Below, piece by piece: positions 1 through 12,392 of a DNA stretch of 64,000 bases. This stretch comes from Octopus bimaculoides (taxonomy: Eukaryota): NCBI RefSeq assembly GCF_001194135.2, contig NC_068992.1:36671021-36735020 (forward strand), read 5' to 3'. The translations under genes and the position numbers were made by a program. The notes beneath the pieces are model-generated. The model searched no databases. It was not told the DNA's origin and saw nothing but the letters and a program-made list of their open reading frames with translations. Position 1 is the first letter of the stretch. The number at the start of each line of letters is the position of its first letter.

Positions 1-1245
1 ATATATATTGATAGAAAAGACAACAAAAGAAAGAGACCTCGATATTGTGTAAATAGAGGAATTAATCTGTAAAAATATGTGACACTTATTCGGTAGCCAT
101 GATAAAACTCCGAGTTTCGGATGCCGGGGCGGAAACCCACGCCGCTATCTGGCCATTGGAAATTCCTATGAAAATGACTGTTAAACAAAGGGAAATGACT
201 GTGTCGTTGACCGTTATTAAGACAAAAGAGCTATAGACCGCTAAGTAAGGGGAGAGAGTAAAGGTAAGGGAGTAAAAAAGTCCATAGTATTCGCATAAGC
301 GCACCAATCCGTATATGCGCCTATATGTATATACGGTTTTGTACACAGATAAAAGCGACTCTATTTAGCGCCTAAGGGTCTTGTCCACGTTATCTGTGTA
401 TTATAATCAAATGAATAAAAACGCGTGACTTGCTTCACCTGACTCACTCCAAATTTTGATATCACCTTTAACATTCTATGGTTTATTATTAGACTACTCC
501 ATGTGGCTGACTTTCCTTGGTATCCGATCTAATATATTCCTTCCTCGAACCCCATAATAGGCGTAGTTCATTATATAACCTCGCCGGGTTTTAAATTTAT
601 ACTTTAAAATTTTTAATTTATTTATTCTAAATTTTTAAACTCCTTACGTTACATTATACCTTACTATGACTTTGATTCCATATACCTTAACGGCCGTACT
701 CTTCTCCACCCCATCTTCCCAACCATTAATCACTGTATACCTCTAAGTGTTCTGGGTTTCTTTTAACCATTAGATAAGAATTCCTATACCCCGACCCTAC
801 TCTGGATCGGCTAGTATGTTGTTATTATATCATTGTATTTCTTTGTGTTTTCATTTGTATTTTTTATTTTTTACCTTATCTTTTTTAATTTTCTTTCACC
901 ATACGGCCGATTCATTCATCTTTTATCTCTTTTTCCCCATAATAGTTTTTTATGACCTCTCCTAATTACTACCATTCTTGCTCTATCACAAATTATCTTT
1001 AAAAACCCAGGGCACTAATCATAAATATCCTATTACATTCTTTCAAGAACTATATTTTAATGGTTAGCACCGTTGGTCATTCCCATTTCTGCTACAGTTC
1101 CTGGGACACGCCTTCGATCTGTAAAAATTACGTTCTCATCTGATGATTACAGCCTTTTAAAATGGTGTAATGTTTCTCATTCTTTTATGTAAGAAACAGC
1201 TGTAATGAGCAGACACTTACCCATTACGCATTTTTATTCATTTGA
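1..1245 (+). mobile_element. Penelope-type terminal (pLTR-like) region, family alpha, ending in a hammerhead motif
   Basis: Bases ~1-180 recur at 32900-33138 in fold-back form; hammerhead at 1135-1209; bounded by (TA)n at both ends. No recognisable coding remnant. Confidence 0.55.
1135..1209 (+). ncRNA. Minimal type-I hammerhead ribozyme candidate
   Basis: CTCAT-CTGATGA-TTACA-(36 nt)-TGTAA-GAAA-CAGCTG-TA-ATGAG: helix I CTCAT/ATGAG, intact core, helix II TTACA/TGTAA, palindromic helix III ACAGCTGT. Confidence 0.8.
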
Positions 1246-1643
1246 TATATATATATATATATANNNNNNNNNNNNNNNNNNNNNNNNNNNNNNNNNNNNN
1301 NNNNNNNNNNNNNNNNNNNNNNNNNNNNNNNNNNNNNNNNNNNNNNNNNNNNNNNNNNNNNNNNNNNNNNNNNNNNNNNNNNNNNNNNNNNNNNNNNNNN
1401 NNNNNNNNNNNNNNNNNNNNNNNNNNNNNNNNNNNNNNNNNNNNNNNNNNNNNNNNNNNNNNNNNNNNNNNNNNNNNNNNNNNNNNNNNNNNNNNNNNNN
1501 NNNNNNNNNNNNNNNNNNNNNNNNNNNNNNNNNNNNNNNNNNNNNNNNNNNNNNNNNNNNNNNNNNNNNNNNNNNNNNNNNNNNNNNNNNNNNNNNNNNN
1601 NNNNNNNNNNNNNNNNNNNNNNNNNNNNNNNNNNNNNNNNNNN

Positions 1644-2285
1644 CGTACAAGCTCCATTTATTCATGTAGTGAGAACACCACAGAATGTACAATGAAAATG
1701 TACTCCTCAGCTGCATAATGGAATTTCATTTCAGAAAGTCATTTTGAAGATGTTTGCAAAAAACAAGAGTAAGAGAAGAAAACATACCATCTCGACTATG
1801 CTGCTGTTTCACAGACAAGTGAATCAAACAAGAATTTAAAATCTAATTGGAGGGATAGTAGTAATTTCAAATTTAGAGGAAGGTAGGTTAAGTAGTGGTG
1901 GACAGCAGGTTAGGGGTAAATCAAGCATGAGGGAAAGAAAGAGAAAGAAAAAAAAGAAAATGGAAGGGCGATACCCTAAGGAGTGGTAAGAATTTGGAAG
2001 AAATTTTAGGTAAGGGAATTAAGGTCAAGGTATTAAAGAAATATATCTATTCTACAGTATAAATAGAATAATACAATGAAACACTAAATTACTAAGTTTA
2101 AAACTATAGGGAACAATAATAATTAGAACAAGATAAACATATCCAGTTAAAATAAGATATAAATTAATGTGGGGTAGTATTATTTATGAGTAAAACTATA
2201 ATATTAATGGCCAAAATCCAAACAGAAAGAGGGGGGAGAAGGAAGAGGAAAAACGGGAGAGGAATAAAGTTAGAAAAACAGGACT
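1644..2285 (-). mobile_element. Penelope pLTR, family beta, with gap-truncated hammerhead (1644-1718)
   Basis: Closely similar to ~33188-33840; minus strand reads GCAG-CTGAGGA-GTACA...TGTAC-G then an N gap. Confidence 0.7.
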
Positions 2286-2523
2286 NNNNNNNNNNNNNNN
2301 NNNNNNNNNNNNNNNNNNNNNNNNNNNNNNNNNNNNNNNNNNNNNNNNNNNNNNNNNNNNNNNNNNNNNNNNNNNNNNNNNNNNNNNNNNNNNNNNNNNN
2401 NNNNNNNNNNNNNNNNNNNNNNNNNNNNNNNNNNNNNNNNNNNNNNNNNNNNNNNNNNNNNNNNNNNNNNNNNNNNNNNNNNNNNNNNNNNNNNNNNNNN
2501 NNNNNNNNNNNNNNNNNNNNNNN

Positions 2524-2846
2524 CCTAGTACTTATTCTATCGATCTCTTTTGCCGAACCGCTAAGTTACGGGGATGTAAACACACCAGCATCGGTTGTCA
2601 AGCGATGGTGGGAGGACAAACACAGACACACAAACATATACACACACATACGTATATATATATATATATACATATATATACGACGGGCTTCTTTCAGTTT
2701 CCGTCTACCAAATCCACTCACAAGGCTTTGGTCGGCCCGAGGCTATGGTAGAAGACACTTGCCCAAGGTGCCACGCAGTGGGACTGAACCCGGAACCATG
2801 TGGTTGGTAAGCAAGCTACTTACCACACAGCCACTCCTACGCCTAT
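2524..2846 (-). mobile_element. tRNA-derived SINE with internal TA/CA microsatellite
   Basis: Minus strand GGAGTGGCTGTGTGGTAAG (A-box) and GGTTCAGTCCC (B-box-like); partial copy at 41493-41640. Confidence 0.85.
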
Positions 2847-2849
2847 ATC

Positions 2850-3612
2850 AACATATGCACAAACTAAAATGCAAACCAAACTTCAGCAAAAAAAGAATGG
2901 GCCCAGCTGAACAGATTAAAAGATGACAAAGCAATAACAATCCAAGAGGCCGATAAAGGGAGTGCAGTTGTCTTAATGGACACGGTATACTATATAACTC
3001 TAGTACTATCCATATTGGAAGACACAACATATTATGAAAAAGGCCCAACACTACAGTCAGCAGAAAATAATGAGAAACCTAAAATCCATGTTAAACTTAT
3101 ACAGAGAAGGGCTCACCAACAAGGAACATGATTATATGACCAATTTCAAAAGTAAAACCAGTCATTTCTCCGGTATTCCAAAGATATACAAAAGTGAGAA
3201 AATGAGTAACGCATGCAGGATAGCCACAGACATAATAATCGAATTGAGACCTATAATAGCAGGTCCCGCATGCGAAACCCACCGCCTCAGTAACGTTTTA
3301 GATACCCTCCTAAAACCATTCCTCAAGCATGTCAAAAATTACATAAGGGATGACCTGGATATGCTCAATCACCTTCATGAAACTATAAACAAAAACACCC
3401 TACTCGTATCATTCGATGTAGTCAACTTCTATTCCACTATCCCCCAAAACCTAGGAATAGAGGCAATTCAATTCTGGCTAGAGAATTATGTCAACGAACT
3501 CCCACATCGCATCAAAAAAGAATTCGTGATAGAAGGGCCAAAATTCATCTTGGAGAATAACTACTTCGTCTTCATAGACAACTTCTATCGACAAAAATCA
3601 GGGACGGCGAAC
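2850..3612 (+). mobile_element. Penelope-like RT fragment, 3' truncated
   Basis: ADKGSAVV, GIPKIYK, LRPIIAG, SFDVVNFYSTIP, ILENNYF, YRQKSGTA motifs (ORF 3034-3627). Confidence 0.9.
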
Positions 3613-4012
3613 AACACGGGGACTTAAAATAACACGCACGTAAATATTAGAAATGATACATTCAAGAGATACCCAAGAATTCATAAAAACAGACCCAATC
3701 ACTGCTATAATCTACAACGAGTTACTTTTAGGTCACTTGACCATTTAATATCCTACTACTATCCTACCATCCCGCATTCCCTTATTATTCTCTCTTCTCT
3801 TTCCCTTTCTTCTTCTTCGTCTTCTTCCTTTCCACTACCTCCTCCCTTACTTTATTCCCACTACTGCTGTTTAGAATAACACCTACGCAAATTTTATAAA
3901 CAAAACATTCAAAAGAGATATCTCAAGAATTCAATCACTACCACCATCCACAAGTCCCTTTCAGGGCACTTGACCATTTAACATCCTACTACTATCATAG
4001 CACTCCCGCATT

Positions 4013-4110
4013 CTTCTTCTTCTTCTTCTTCTTCTTCTTCTTCTTCTTCTTCTTCTTCTTCTTCTTCTTCTTCTTCTTCTTCTTCTTCTTCTTCTTCTTC
4101 TTCTTCTTCT
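4013..4110. repeat. (CTT)n microsatellite
   Basis: Pure ctt run. Confidence 0.95.
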
Positions 4111-4111
4111 C

Positions 4112-5020
4112 TATAAAATGCATTCTAAACTCTCTGAAATCCTCAGAACACCTGAATTTATTCAGCAAGTTCAACAGACCATTGATTACAATCCCAGAAA
4201 ATCTAAGGTCAGTTGCAAATGATTGCCATCTGTCAGAAGGAACAGTCAGAAATGTTGTTCACAAAGCCATCAGATATAAGTCTTATGTGATGAGGAAAAG
4301 TCAATTTGTCAGAAAAACCCATTGAAAATCACTACATCAGATCTAAAAGGCTGTTAAACAAACTGAAAAATCCAGCAGAAGAATTGATTTGGTTTTCTCA
4401 AACGTGAAAAACTTCGACCAAGATCAAAAAGTTAACAGAAGGAATGACAGATGGTTATGTGCAGACCATTCTGATGTTCCAGGTGTTATGTATACAAAAT
4501 TTCCAGCAACTGTCATGGTTTTAAGGTTTGTCAGCAATGAAGGACATGTGATGCCTCTTTACTTCTTTCCATAAGGCCTTAGAGTTAACTCTGCCGCTTA
4601 CATTGAGGTCCCGGAAATAATTTTAAGCCCCGGATAGACAGTGTATGCAATGGAAGAAGGCCATATACGTTTCAATAAGACTCTGCACTATCTATATCAC
4701 ACATGGCTCTAGTAACACAGGAATGGATGGCTGAAAATGTTCATGCTCACATAACCCCTAACATTTGGCCTCCTAATTCTCCAGGTATCAATCCATTGGA
4801 CTATTACATGTGGAGCGTTGTTGAGAGAGGGGTCAATGAACACGCCCATAACACCAAAGATTCTATGAAAGCTGCCATAGTCAGTATAATGTCCAAAATG
4901 AACCAGCACTACTTGATTCGAGCGTGTAGATGATTTAGATCTCAAATAGACGCAGTTGTTGAGGCTGAAGATGGCTTTATTGAATACTATTATAGAAAAT
5001 TATATTATTTACATAATTTA
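4112..5020 (+). mobile_element. Tc1/mariner maT-like (DD37D) transposase pseudogene
   Basis: KNFDQDQKVNRRNDRW, FQ*DSA, WPPNSPGINPLDYYMW; D-to-D spacing 39 aa here, 37 if an apparent 6-nt insertion is removed. Confidence 0.8.
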
Positions 5021-5139
5021 CATTCGACAGATATTTGTCCTCATCTTGTTGGTTGTTACAACGTTTCGGCTGATATACCCTCCAGCCTTCTTGGGGAAAT
5101 TTAAGGTATCTTTCGATGTTATTATCCTTATTATCATTG

Positions 5140-5174
<35 letters not shown>

Positions 5175-7500
5175 GTTGTTCAGGTCACTGCTTGGAATCG
5201 AACTAGAAATTTGGCGTTTAGTAGCCCGCGCTCTTAACCACTATGCCATATGCCCGTGGGCAGTTATGGAGTGAATTTTAGGGCTTATAAAGCTAATATT
5301 TTTCTATCCTTCCTTAATACCGTTTCTCATATACTGCTCATATCTGCACTCGGTCTGCTTAGGAGGTTGTTGTGTCCTAGTATATGGGCTGCTTCTTTTA
5401 GTGTTCGTATTTTCCAGTGGTGTTATCTGTCTATTATTTTAATTTCATCCCACATGGGGAGGTGGTCTCCATTTTCCTATACATGATCAGCTATACCCGA
5501 TTTATCAATATCTCCTTGTGCCACAGCTTTGCGATGTTCGTCTACCCTTATTTTGTGGGGGCGGCATGTTTCGCATTTGTATAACCTACAACAGCTGCAT
5601 GGGATGGAGTACATGCAATCTTTGGTCATATTCTCTTCTATTGGTGGTTTTACTCGAAGGAGATATTTGCGAAGTGTTCTATTACTCTTGAATACTATCC
5701 AGATATCATATGGGCCGCATGTCTTTTGTATCTTTTCGGAGAGGTCTTTCACATAGGGTAGACAGACTGAGGATCGCTACTTATATTCTTTGCACGATAC
5801 TTTAGACACTGAGCAATCCCTCTCTTTACACTTTATGCATGGTGGGAATTGAAGTTGAGGTATCATCCAGTAAAGGTCGGCTTGCTGTATACGGATGTCC
5901 TGAATCCATACTTGGTGCGTGTTATTAATACGTCCAGGAATGCCAGCTGATTATCTTTTTCCTTTTCCATTGTGAACTGTATGGATGGCTTTATTGAGTT
6001 CACAGGATCTAACAGCACTTGGACATCTTCCTGGTGGGGCCAGAGTATAAAGGTGTCATCAACATATCGTAGCTGTAGTGTTGGCTTTAGTAGTATTGAT
6101 CCTAAAGCCAATTTCTCAAAGTATTCCATGTATATGTTGGCTATTATCGGTGATAATGGCGAACCCATAGCTAAACCCTACTCTTGTCGATATATATCAA
6201 TATCCATACAGAAGTAGGTAGTTTCTACACAGAAGGTCAACATTTCCATCAAGTTTTTTTTATTGGTGTACTAGTGCGTTCTTTTAGATGGGTGTCTGTC
6301 ATTAGTTTTTCTTGTATCACCGATAGTACTTCACCAGTTGAGACTGGCGAACAGGCTTATCACCGTCTGGTTGGATTCAATGGAAGTATCCTTGATCAAT
6401 TCTGTGAAGTGGGTAGAATTCTTCACGTACGATGTTGACTTTCCTGCTAATGGACTGATTATATCCACAAGGAAGTGGCTCAGTGGAATACATGCTGAAC
6501 CTCTACAGCTCACTGTAGGTTTTAATGGAATATCATCCTTGTGAATCTTAGGGAGACCGTACATGTGTGGTAGTGTACTGTGGTGTTGAGTCAGTTATCT
6601 GTACTTCATTGGTGTGAAGTGATCCTTGTTCTTGATCAAGATCTGTGACAACTTCCTCTCTGTTTTCAGAGTTGGGTCTTTCTTTACTCTACTGTAGCTA
6701 CCATCACTTATAAGACTTGCCAACTTTTCAGAGTAGTCAGACTTGTTCATCACCACTGTAGCATTTCCCTTGTCTACTGGAAGTATTATGATGGAATTGT
6801 CACTCTGTAGTCTTTTGATAGCGAACTTTTCTTCCTTAGTTATGTTTGGTTTAGGAGGTTTTGCTTTTTCTAATACCTGTCTCAGTTTCCACCTTAGTTC
6901 ATCTCCTTGAGCTTTTGGTATCTTTATGGCTATCTCTTCAATAGGGGCTATTATGTCCAAGTATGGAATACGCTTGATGGTTGTCGCAAAGTTGAGACCT
7001 TTGTTCAGTACTGCTTCTTTAGAGCTTTCTAGATGTCGGCTACTTACATTAATTACTGCTTTCACAGGTGGGTGACGGATTTCAGTCTTCATTCTCATAA
7101 ACTTCTTAATCTGGCGTGTCTTCACTATTTTAAATCTTTTCATGCACGACTTTTCCAGATCTTGTTGGTTTCTCTTTCTATCATCACCTCTGGCTATTTT
7201 TCTAAGTAATGAAGACAACCTCGCTTTGATTTCGCTATTTAGTTGATGTTTTTTTCCAACGGCTGTAATGGATCCTCTCACGGATAAGGGCATGTTCTGC
7301 CCTTTCTGCTACTCTTTTAGCTTTATGTGAATCGACTGGTGTAATTATATTCAAGCCAGGTGGTATTAGCTTTGAGTCTCTACATCTACATAAGAAAGTT
7401 AGATGGTTTGAAAGACGAGCTAGTTTTTGATGGAGTTTCTCTATATGTCTCCATTGAAGTCTAATGTCGGCTCCGTACCGATTATATATACAGTTCTATA
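5021..7500 (-). mobile_element. Penelope (Poseidon-like) element, RT plus GIY-YIG, decayed
   Basis: DKGNATVV, YGLPKIHK..PLKP, MGSPLSPIIANIYM, RYVDDTF, FLDVLI, MYSIPCSC..LYKCET (ORFs 6595-7293, 6331-6564, 5863-6168, 5477-5752). Confidence 0.92.
5183..5255 (-). pseudogene. tRNA-like sequence with Pol III A and B boxes and (AAT)n tail, downstream of the Penelope ORF
   Basis: GGGCATATGGCATAGTGGTTAAGAGC...GTTCGATTCC; acceptor stem imperfect. Confidence 0.7.
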
Positions 7501-7961
7501 TAGATATAGATAATATATTTATATTATATAATACAGTTCTATATAAATACAGTTCTATATAAATATAGAACTGTATTATAGAAAAGGTTTATTTTTATAG
7601 TCGTAGCATTTTTTGGTAGATAAAGTTATTATCTGTTATTATATGTGTTTTTTTTTATAAGCGTAAATCTGTCCTCAAATATGTTAGACACCCTGTTTAT
7701 GTCTACATGTGCATGGTACCTACGTAAGAGTGAGTTTATTTACCTGTTTATATGTGCCACCTAGCTTCTTTGTTCTGTCCTTCTGCTCATATTTTTCTTA
7801 GCATGCATTTTATAAATATACTTTGGCTCTTCTATATCTCTTCTCTTTCGCTATTTGCTATATCCTCCATTGTTCAAATTCCACAGTACTCATTAGCTAT
7901 ACTATTTACTTTATTGCATCTTTATCCATCCGTCTTTCCGTGTTTCTCGCACTTTCTACCC

Positions 7962-7965
<4 letters not shown>

Positions 7966-8010
<45 letters not shown>
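7966..8010. repeat. (CT)n microsatellite
   Basis: Pure ct run. Confidence 0.95.
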
Positions 8011-8013
<3 letters not shown>

Positions 8014-8308
8014 AAAGTAGAGTAAATACCTTATAACGGAAAATTAACTAACCTTTGTTTCCTACGAATTCTCATACAGTAAATTTCCTTAGTGTGTATA
8101 GGTGTCCGTTTCCTTGGATTCCGATCTTCAGTATAAATTCGTAAGTAACTGTCTAAGGTGTAGAGCGAAAAATTAGTGCAATTGTGAATCTATTTGTAAT
8201 GTGTCGAAGGAATATTTGCCAAACAACTTAATTGCTGTTTTGAAGATCTCTGGTGTTTTTGTCTTTTATTCAGATACGAGTTAATATCGTTTTATGAGAA
8301 TAGGTATG

Positions 8309-8571
8309 CGTTGATTTGTATATATGTATATGTATGACGTTGATCTGGTTATATGTATATGTATGACGTTGATCTGTTTATATGTATATGTATGACGTTG
8401 ATCTGGTTATATGTATATGTATGACGTTGANNNNNNNNNNTGTATATGTATGACGTTGATCTGGTTATATGTATATGTATGACGTTGATCTGTTTATATG
8501 TATATGTATGACGTTGATCTGGTTATATGTATATGTATGACGTTGATCTGGTTATATGTATATGTATGACG
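8309..8571. repeat. 29-bp minisatellite, about 9 units
   Basis: Unit CGTTGATCTGKTTATATGTATATGTATGA starting at 8309, 8338, 8367, 8396 and onward; includes a 10-N gap. Confidence 0.9.
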
Positions 8572-10228
8572 CCAGTCGATTCACCCACCCTTTATAAAAT
8601 AAACCAGACTACAGAAATTTCAATTAGTTATCATTTCAAGAATAAAGGATCTTGCTGAAGCTAGGGATTGAACTATGTTGTACTAGGTTTTCCCTTTATA
8701 CGCTCTATAATTCTAGCTATTTCAACATCTGCAAAATAACCTCGATGAGTATTGCAAAAGATAATATTCCAAGAAAATTTAGAGGTTTCATTAAGCGTTT
8801 TTTTTTAATGTGTGTGTATGTGGTGGTTCCTTGATGTTTCGATAAAATGTTCGGAATAAAGGGTAAAAATAATAATTATAACATACATGGAAGGTAGGGA
8901 CAAAAATTGCGTCACACTTAAGGCTATTGAGCAATGCCTTTTTCAGTGAAAGTAAAGTTTGAAGTCTGACACGCAGAAACAAGTTTGAGCTTATATCTAG
9001 GACGAAGTAAGACTTTTGTAAGCAATTTGTGTTAAGATATGCTGAGAGTTTCCTAATAGTAATTGCGATTCAGCAACAGAGCGTCAGTATAAATCTGTAT
9101 AAAATTGTGACAACATCTAATTTAACAGAACTGAACCTATTTAGCAGGTATAGAAGAATGTGTACGAAAGAATATTTATGGGTTCTTTGAGAAGAATCCA
9201 TAACAATGCAAGCGAAAAGTTTGTAGAATCTAACGAACTTTGCCTTATAACAACTTTCAGTCAAGAAACACGTCGCGTGCGCGCACACACACACACAAGG
9301 AACTGAGTCGTGTATTTTAAACATCTCTTGAAATATATTGTTTGATCTTCCCAAGTATTAAACTTAATCCTTAGGGTTGGTCAACATAATACTTATAAAA
9401 TTAACTGAAAATCTATATACTAGTATTGTAGCTCAAAATTTATGTTTGTTTTTCTAAAACCACAGTACCTACAAGGCGATATCTCAAGAGGTTTACATCA
9501 ATTGTAAAATTGACTTCCACGACAACAGAAATGATTCTGAGGATGCCATAACTTGAAAACATTAATTAACATTTATGTTAGACAAGTGAGATAAAACAGA
9601 AACAATATTTATAGTGGTTGAAGACATAAATCAATGACTGATAATTAGCGTCATTCACTGTAGGATAGGGAATACGCAAACTCATATTTCAAATCAGGAT
9701 TTCAAATTTAATGAAATACTATACTGTGATCCAGTAAATTAATATTTAGTTGAATCTTCATACGAAAGTTATGAACATATATATTTATATGCATGACTAT
9801 TAATAACTGTTTGGACAATAGTGGGCCATTAATCTTTGCCCGTTAAGGCAAATAAATTTGCAATTCATATATATATATGTGTGTGTCTGTGTATTTTGGG
9901 AGAGAGATAGAAAGGGGGAGAGAGGGGAGAACGAGAGAAGGAGAGAGAGAGAGGAGAGAGAGAGGAGAGAGAGAGGGAAAAGAGATAGAGTGACAGAGAG
10001 ATAGAGTGACAGAGAGATAGCTGCCACCTACAGGCAAACATTCATTCATACATTGAAATAGAGAGATACACACATACATACTCTTACATTTTGATATACA
10101 CTGTTAGGAAACCGATAACTTTTTGCGTGTGAGCCACTCTCTCCCTCTCTCTCTTTCGCTCTCCCGCTCTCTCCCTTCCTCTCTCCCCCCCCCTCTCTCT
10201 CTACACACACATATATACACGCACACGC

Positions 10229-10304
<76 letters not shown>

Positions 10305-10309
10305 GTATA

Positions 10310-12262
10310 CTCTTCTTCGAATTTTATTTAAGTTTTTAAGAGAGTCCTAACCGGTCACTAACAAACCGATAAAACATTTTGCGTTAAGAGAGTTCCCGGT
10401 ATTTGTAAATGTGTGGTTGAATTGGTGTGTTAGTTGAGCTGTCGATGCACGCATCCAAATGTGTGCATCTATTTACCTAATGATTTTCCCAAGGAGAATT
10501 TTTGGAATGTATTACAAATCTTCATTGTGCCACTAATAGATTTGACGTCGAAAATCCACGTCAGTTTCTTTTGCTCTTTCTTCGAAAAACTTAATATTTC
10601 TAGGTTTTTGTGTAAATTTGCTGACCCATAAGCTATGATAGTACACGAATGAGAATTTATAGATAGTGTACAAGCGCTGTCAGTTCCACATTCTATCATC
10701 ATAAATATTCTTTTTCCTGGACTTTTGATTGTACACTCACATCCGGTACAATTGCAAGTATATCATGCCCCAGGAGCAGGTAGTATCTTGTGGGCATTTT
10801 GGGGCAGCTACTGATGATCCAGATGATATCTTCCACACTGGTATAGCAAAGTTGACATTTTTTTATCACAACGTGGAGGTTTAGTGGTATATTTGTCCCT
10901 CTTGTTTATCAGGTATTTAGTAGCTATCTTCTGTTTCTGGATAGCGAAGGCACAACCTTCTGGGTGGCATGTAATGTATCCATCACAAGTTCAGGAGACG
11001 CCAGGTTACGTGATATGTACCCATGCATTGCTTTTTGCTGGTATGATGCCTGCTTCTCATCCAAGCTTCTGTCTAGATAAGTCAGTCCAGCCTCCTTTGA
11101 GTCGTACGAGAGAGTTGTATTCTCGGTGTACCCGCACAGTAGTCCTTCTCCAACTCTAGAATTTGCTCTCACTTTTGAGCATGCATGAAATGTACCCATT
11201 TCTTTCTTTATTGATCAACAGGTGTTGTCTGAGTGATACAATGCGATATTTAAAGGCTGTTTGAACTGGTCATATGCCCCTGTCACCATCACTTCGTCTC
11301 ACTTAAATCCCATCGGTGTCACTGTTAATGTGGAAGTTGCCAGTGGTGGTCAGTACCTTTCTGGTTTTGATGTCCCGGCTACGTATCTCGTCGAGTGTCC
11401 AGTTTAATATCTCAACTGTTGGTACTGGCACTGGCACTGCGAAAGCATTGTGAAATATGGTCCTGTTAAATGCAGACAGTTCAGAGTTCCATATTTTCCG
11501 GAGCCTACAAAATTACTCTTTTGTTATTCTGGCGTTAGTCACAGCACCAGCGTATGCAGCAATCTCATACATTCCGAAATATTAGTAGTTTTCATCATTA
11601 CAGATAGGGGAGATAGAAAAGCCACTGATGTAAATGTTCTTTGTCTAGTTGACAACCTTTCCTGGTTAACTATTATGTATGAGCATTTATCTTGCCCAAA
11701 CTCCATTTTTAAGACACGTGAGAATGTTATGGCTAGTTCTAATTGTCTCTTGATGTTGAACATATTACCAGAATATAACTTAAGTTCATCAACAAAGAAT
11801 GTGCGGATGACAGTAATTTTATTCTTTCCTGCATATCCCAGAATGTAGCCATGGTATTACGTTAACAGGGCTGACAAGCAGTTCACTGCCAGTACAAACA
11901 ACATTACAGATAAACTATCACTTATGAATGAGGCACAGAGTCGAACGCCTTCTTGTAGTCTAACTATATTGTTCAGAGATTACGCTGATGTTACTTGGCT
12001 TCCTTAAGGACAGCATTATTGAGGAGGAGCTGTTAAACATAGCCCCAGACTTTCCATCTGTCTGTTCATCAGTTATCACACCATCTGTTTGGCAGTGGAC
12101 TTCAAGAAACATATTCAGACAACCTGTGTTCAGTTTCTGCATAACATTCAAGCATGCTATGGGCTTGTAGTTTTGGCCACATGGGTCGCTTTTTTCTTGG
12201 CGATAAGAGTAGTCCATGCAACCGTCAGTCAATCTAGTATATCTAGCTCAGCGTCCACGGAT
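10310..12262 (-). mobile_element. R4-clade (RLE) non-LTR retrotransposon, 5' truncated and decayed
   Basis: QNYKPIACLN, LFFVDELKLY, EFGQDKCSY, CKLC..VEDIIWIISSC zinc knuckle, C-terminal KICNTFQKF. Confidence 0.8.
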
Positions 12263-12266
12263 ATTA

Positions 12267-12392
12267 TGTATGTATGTGTGTATGTATGTATGTATGTATG
12301 TATGTATGTATGTATGTATGTATGTATGCATGCATGCATGTATGTATGTATGTATGTATTTATGTATGTGTATATGTATTTATGTATGTATG
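12267..12392. repeat. (TATG)n microsatellite
   Basis: Direct reading; separates two R4-like copies. Confidence 0.95.

Noticed and set aside
8090-8135. Minus-strand CTGAAGA..GAAA near 8095-8130
   Set aside because: No convincing helix I, II or III pairing.
8309-8571. CRISPR-like appearance of the regular 29-bp repeats
   Set aside because: Units are contiguous with no unique spacers, in a eukaryotic context.
8580-9800. Possible host exons in repeat-poor DNA (e.g. acceptor-like site near 9465)
   Set aside because: No recognisable protein motif or consistent open frame; needs RNA-seq.
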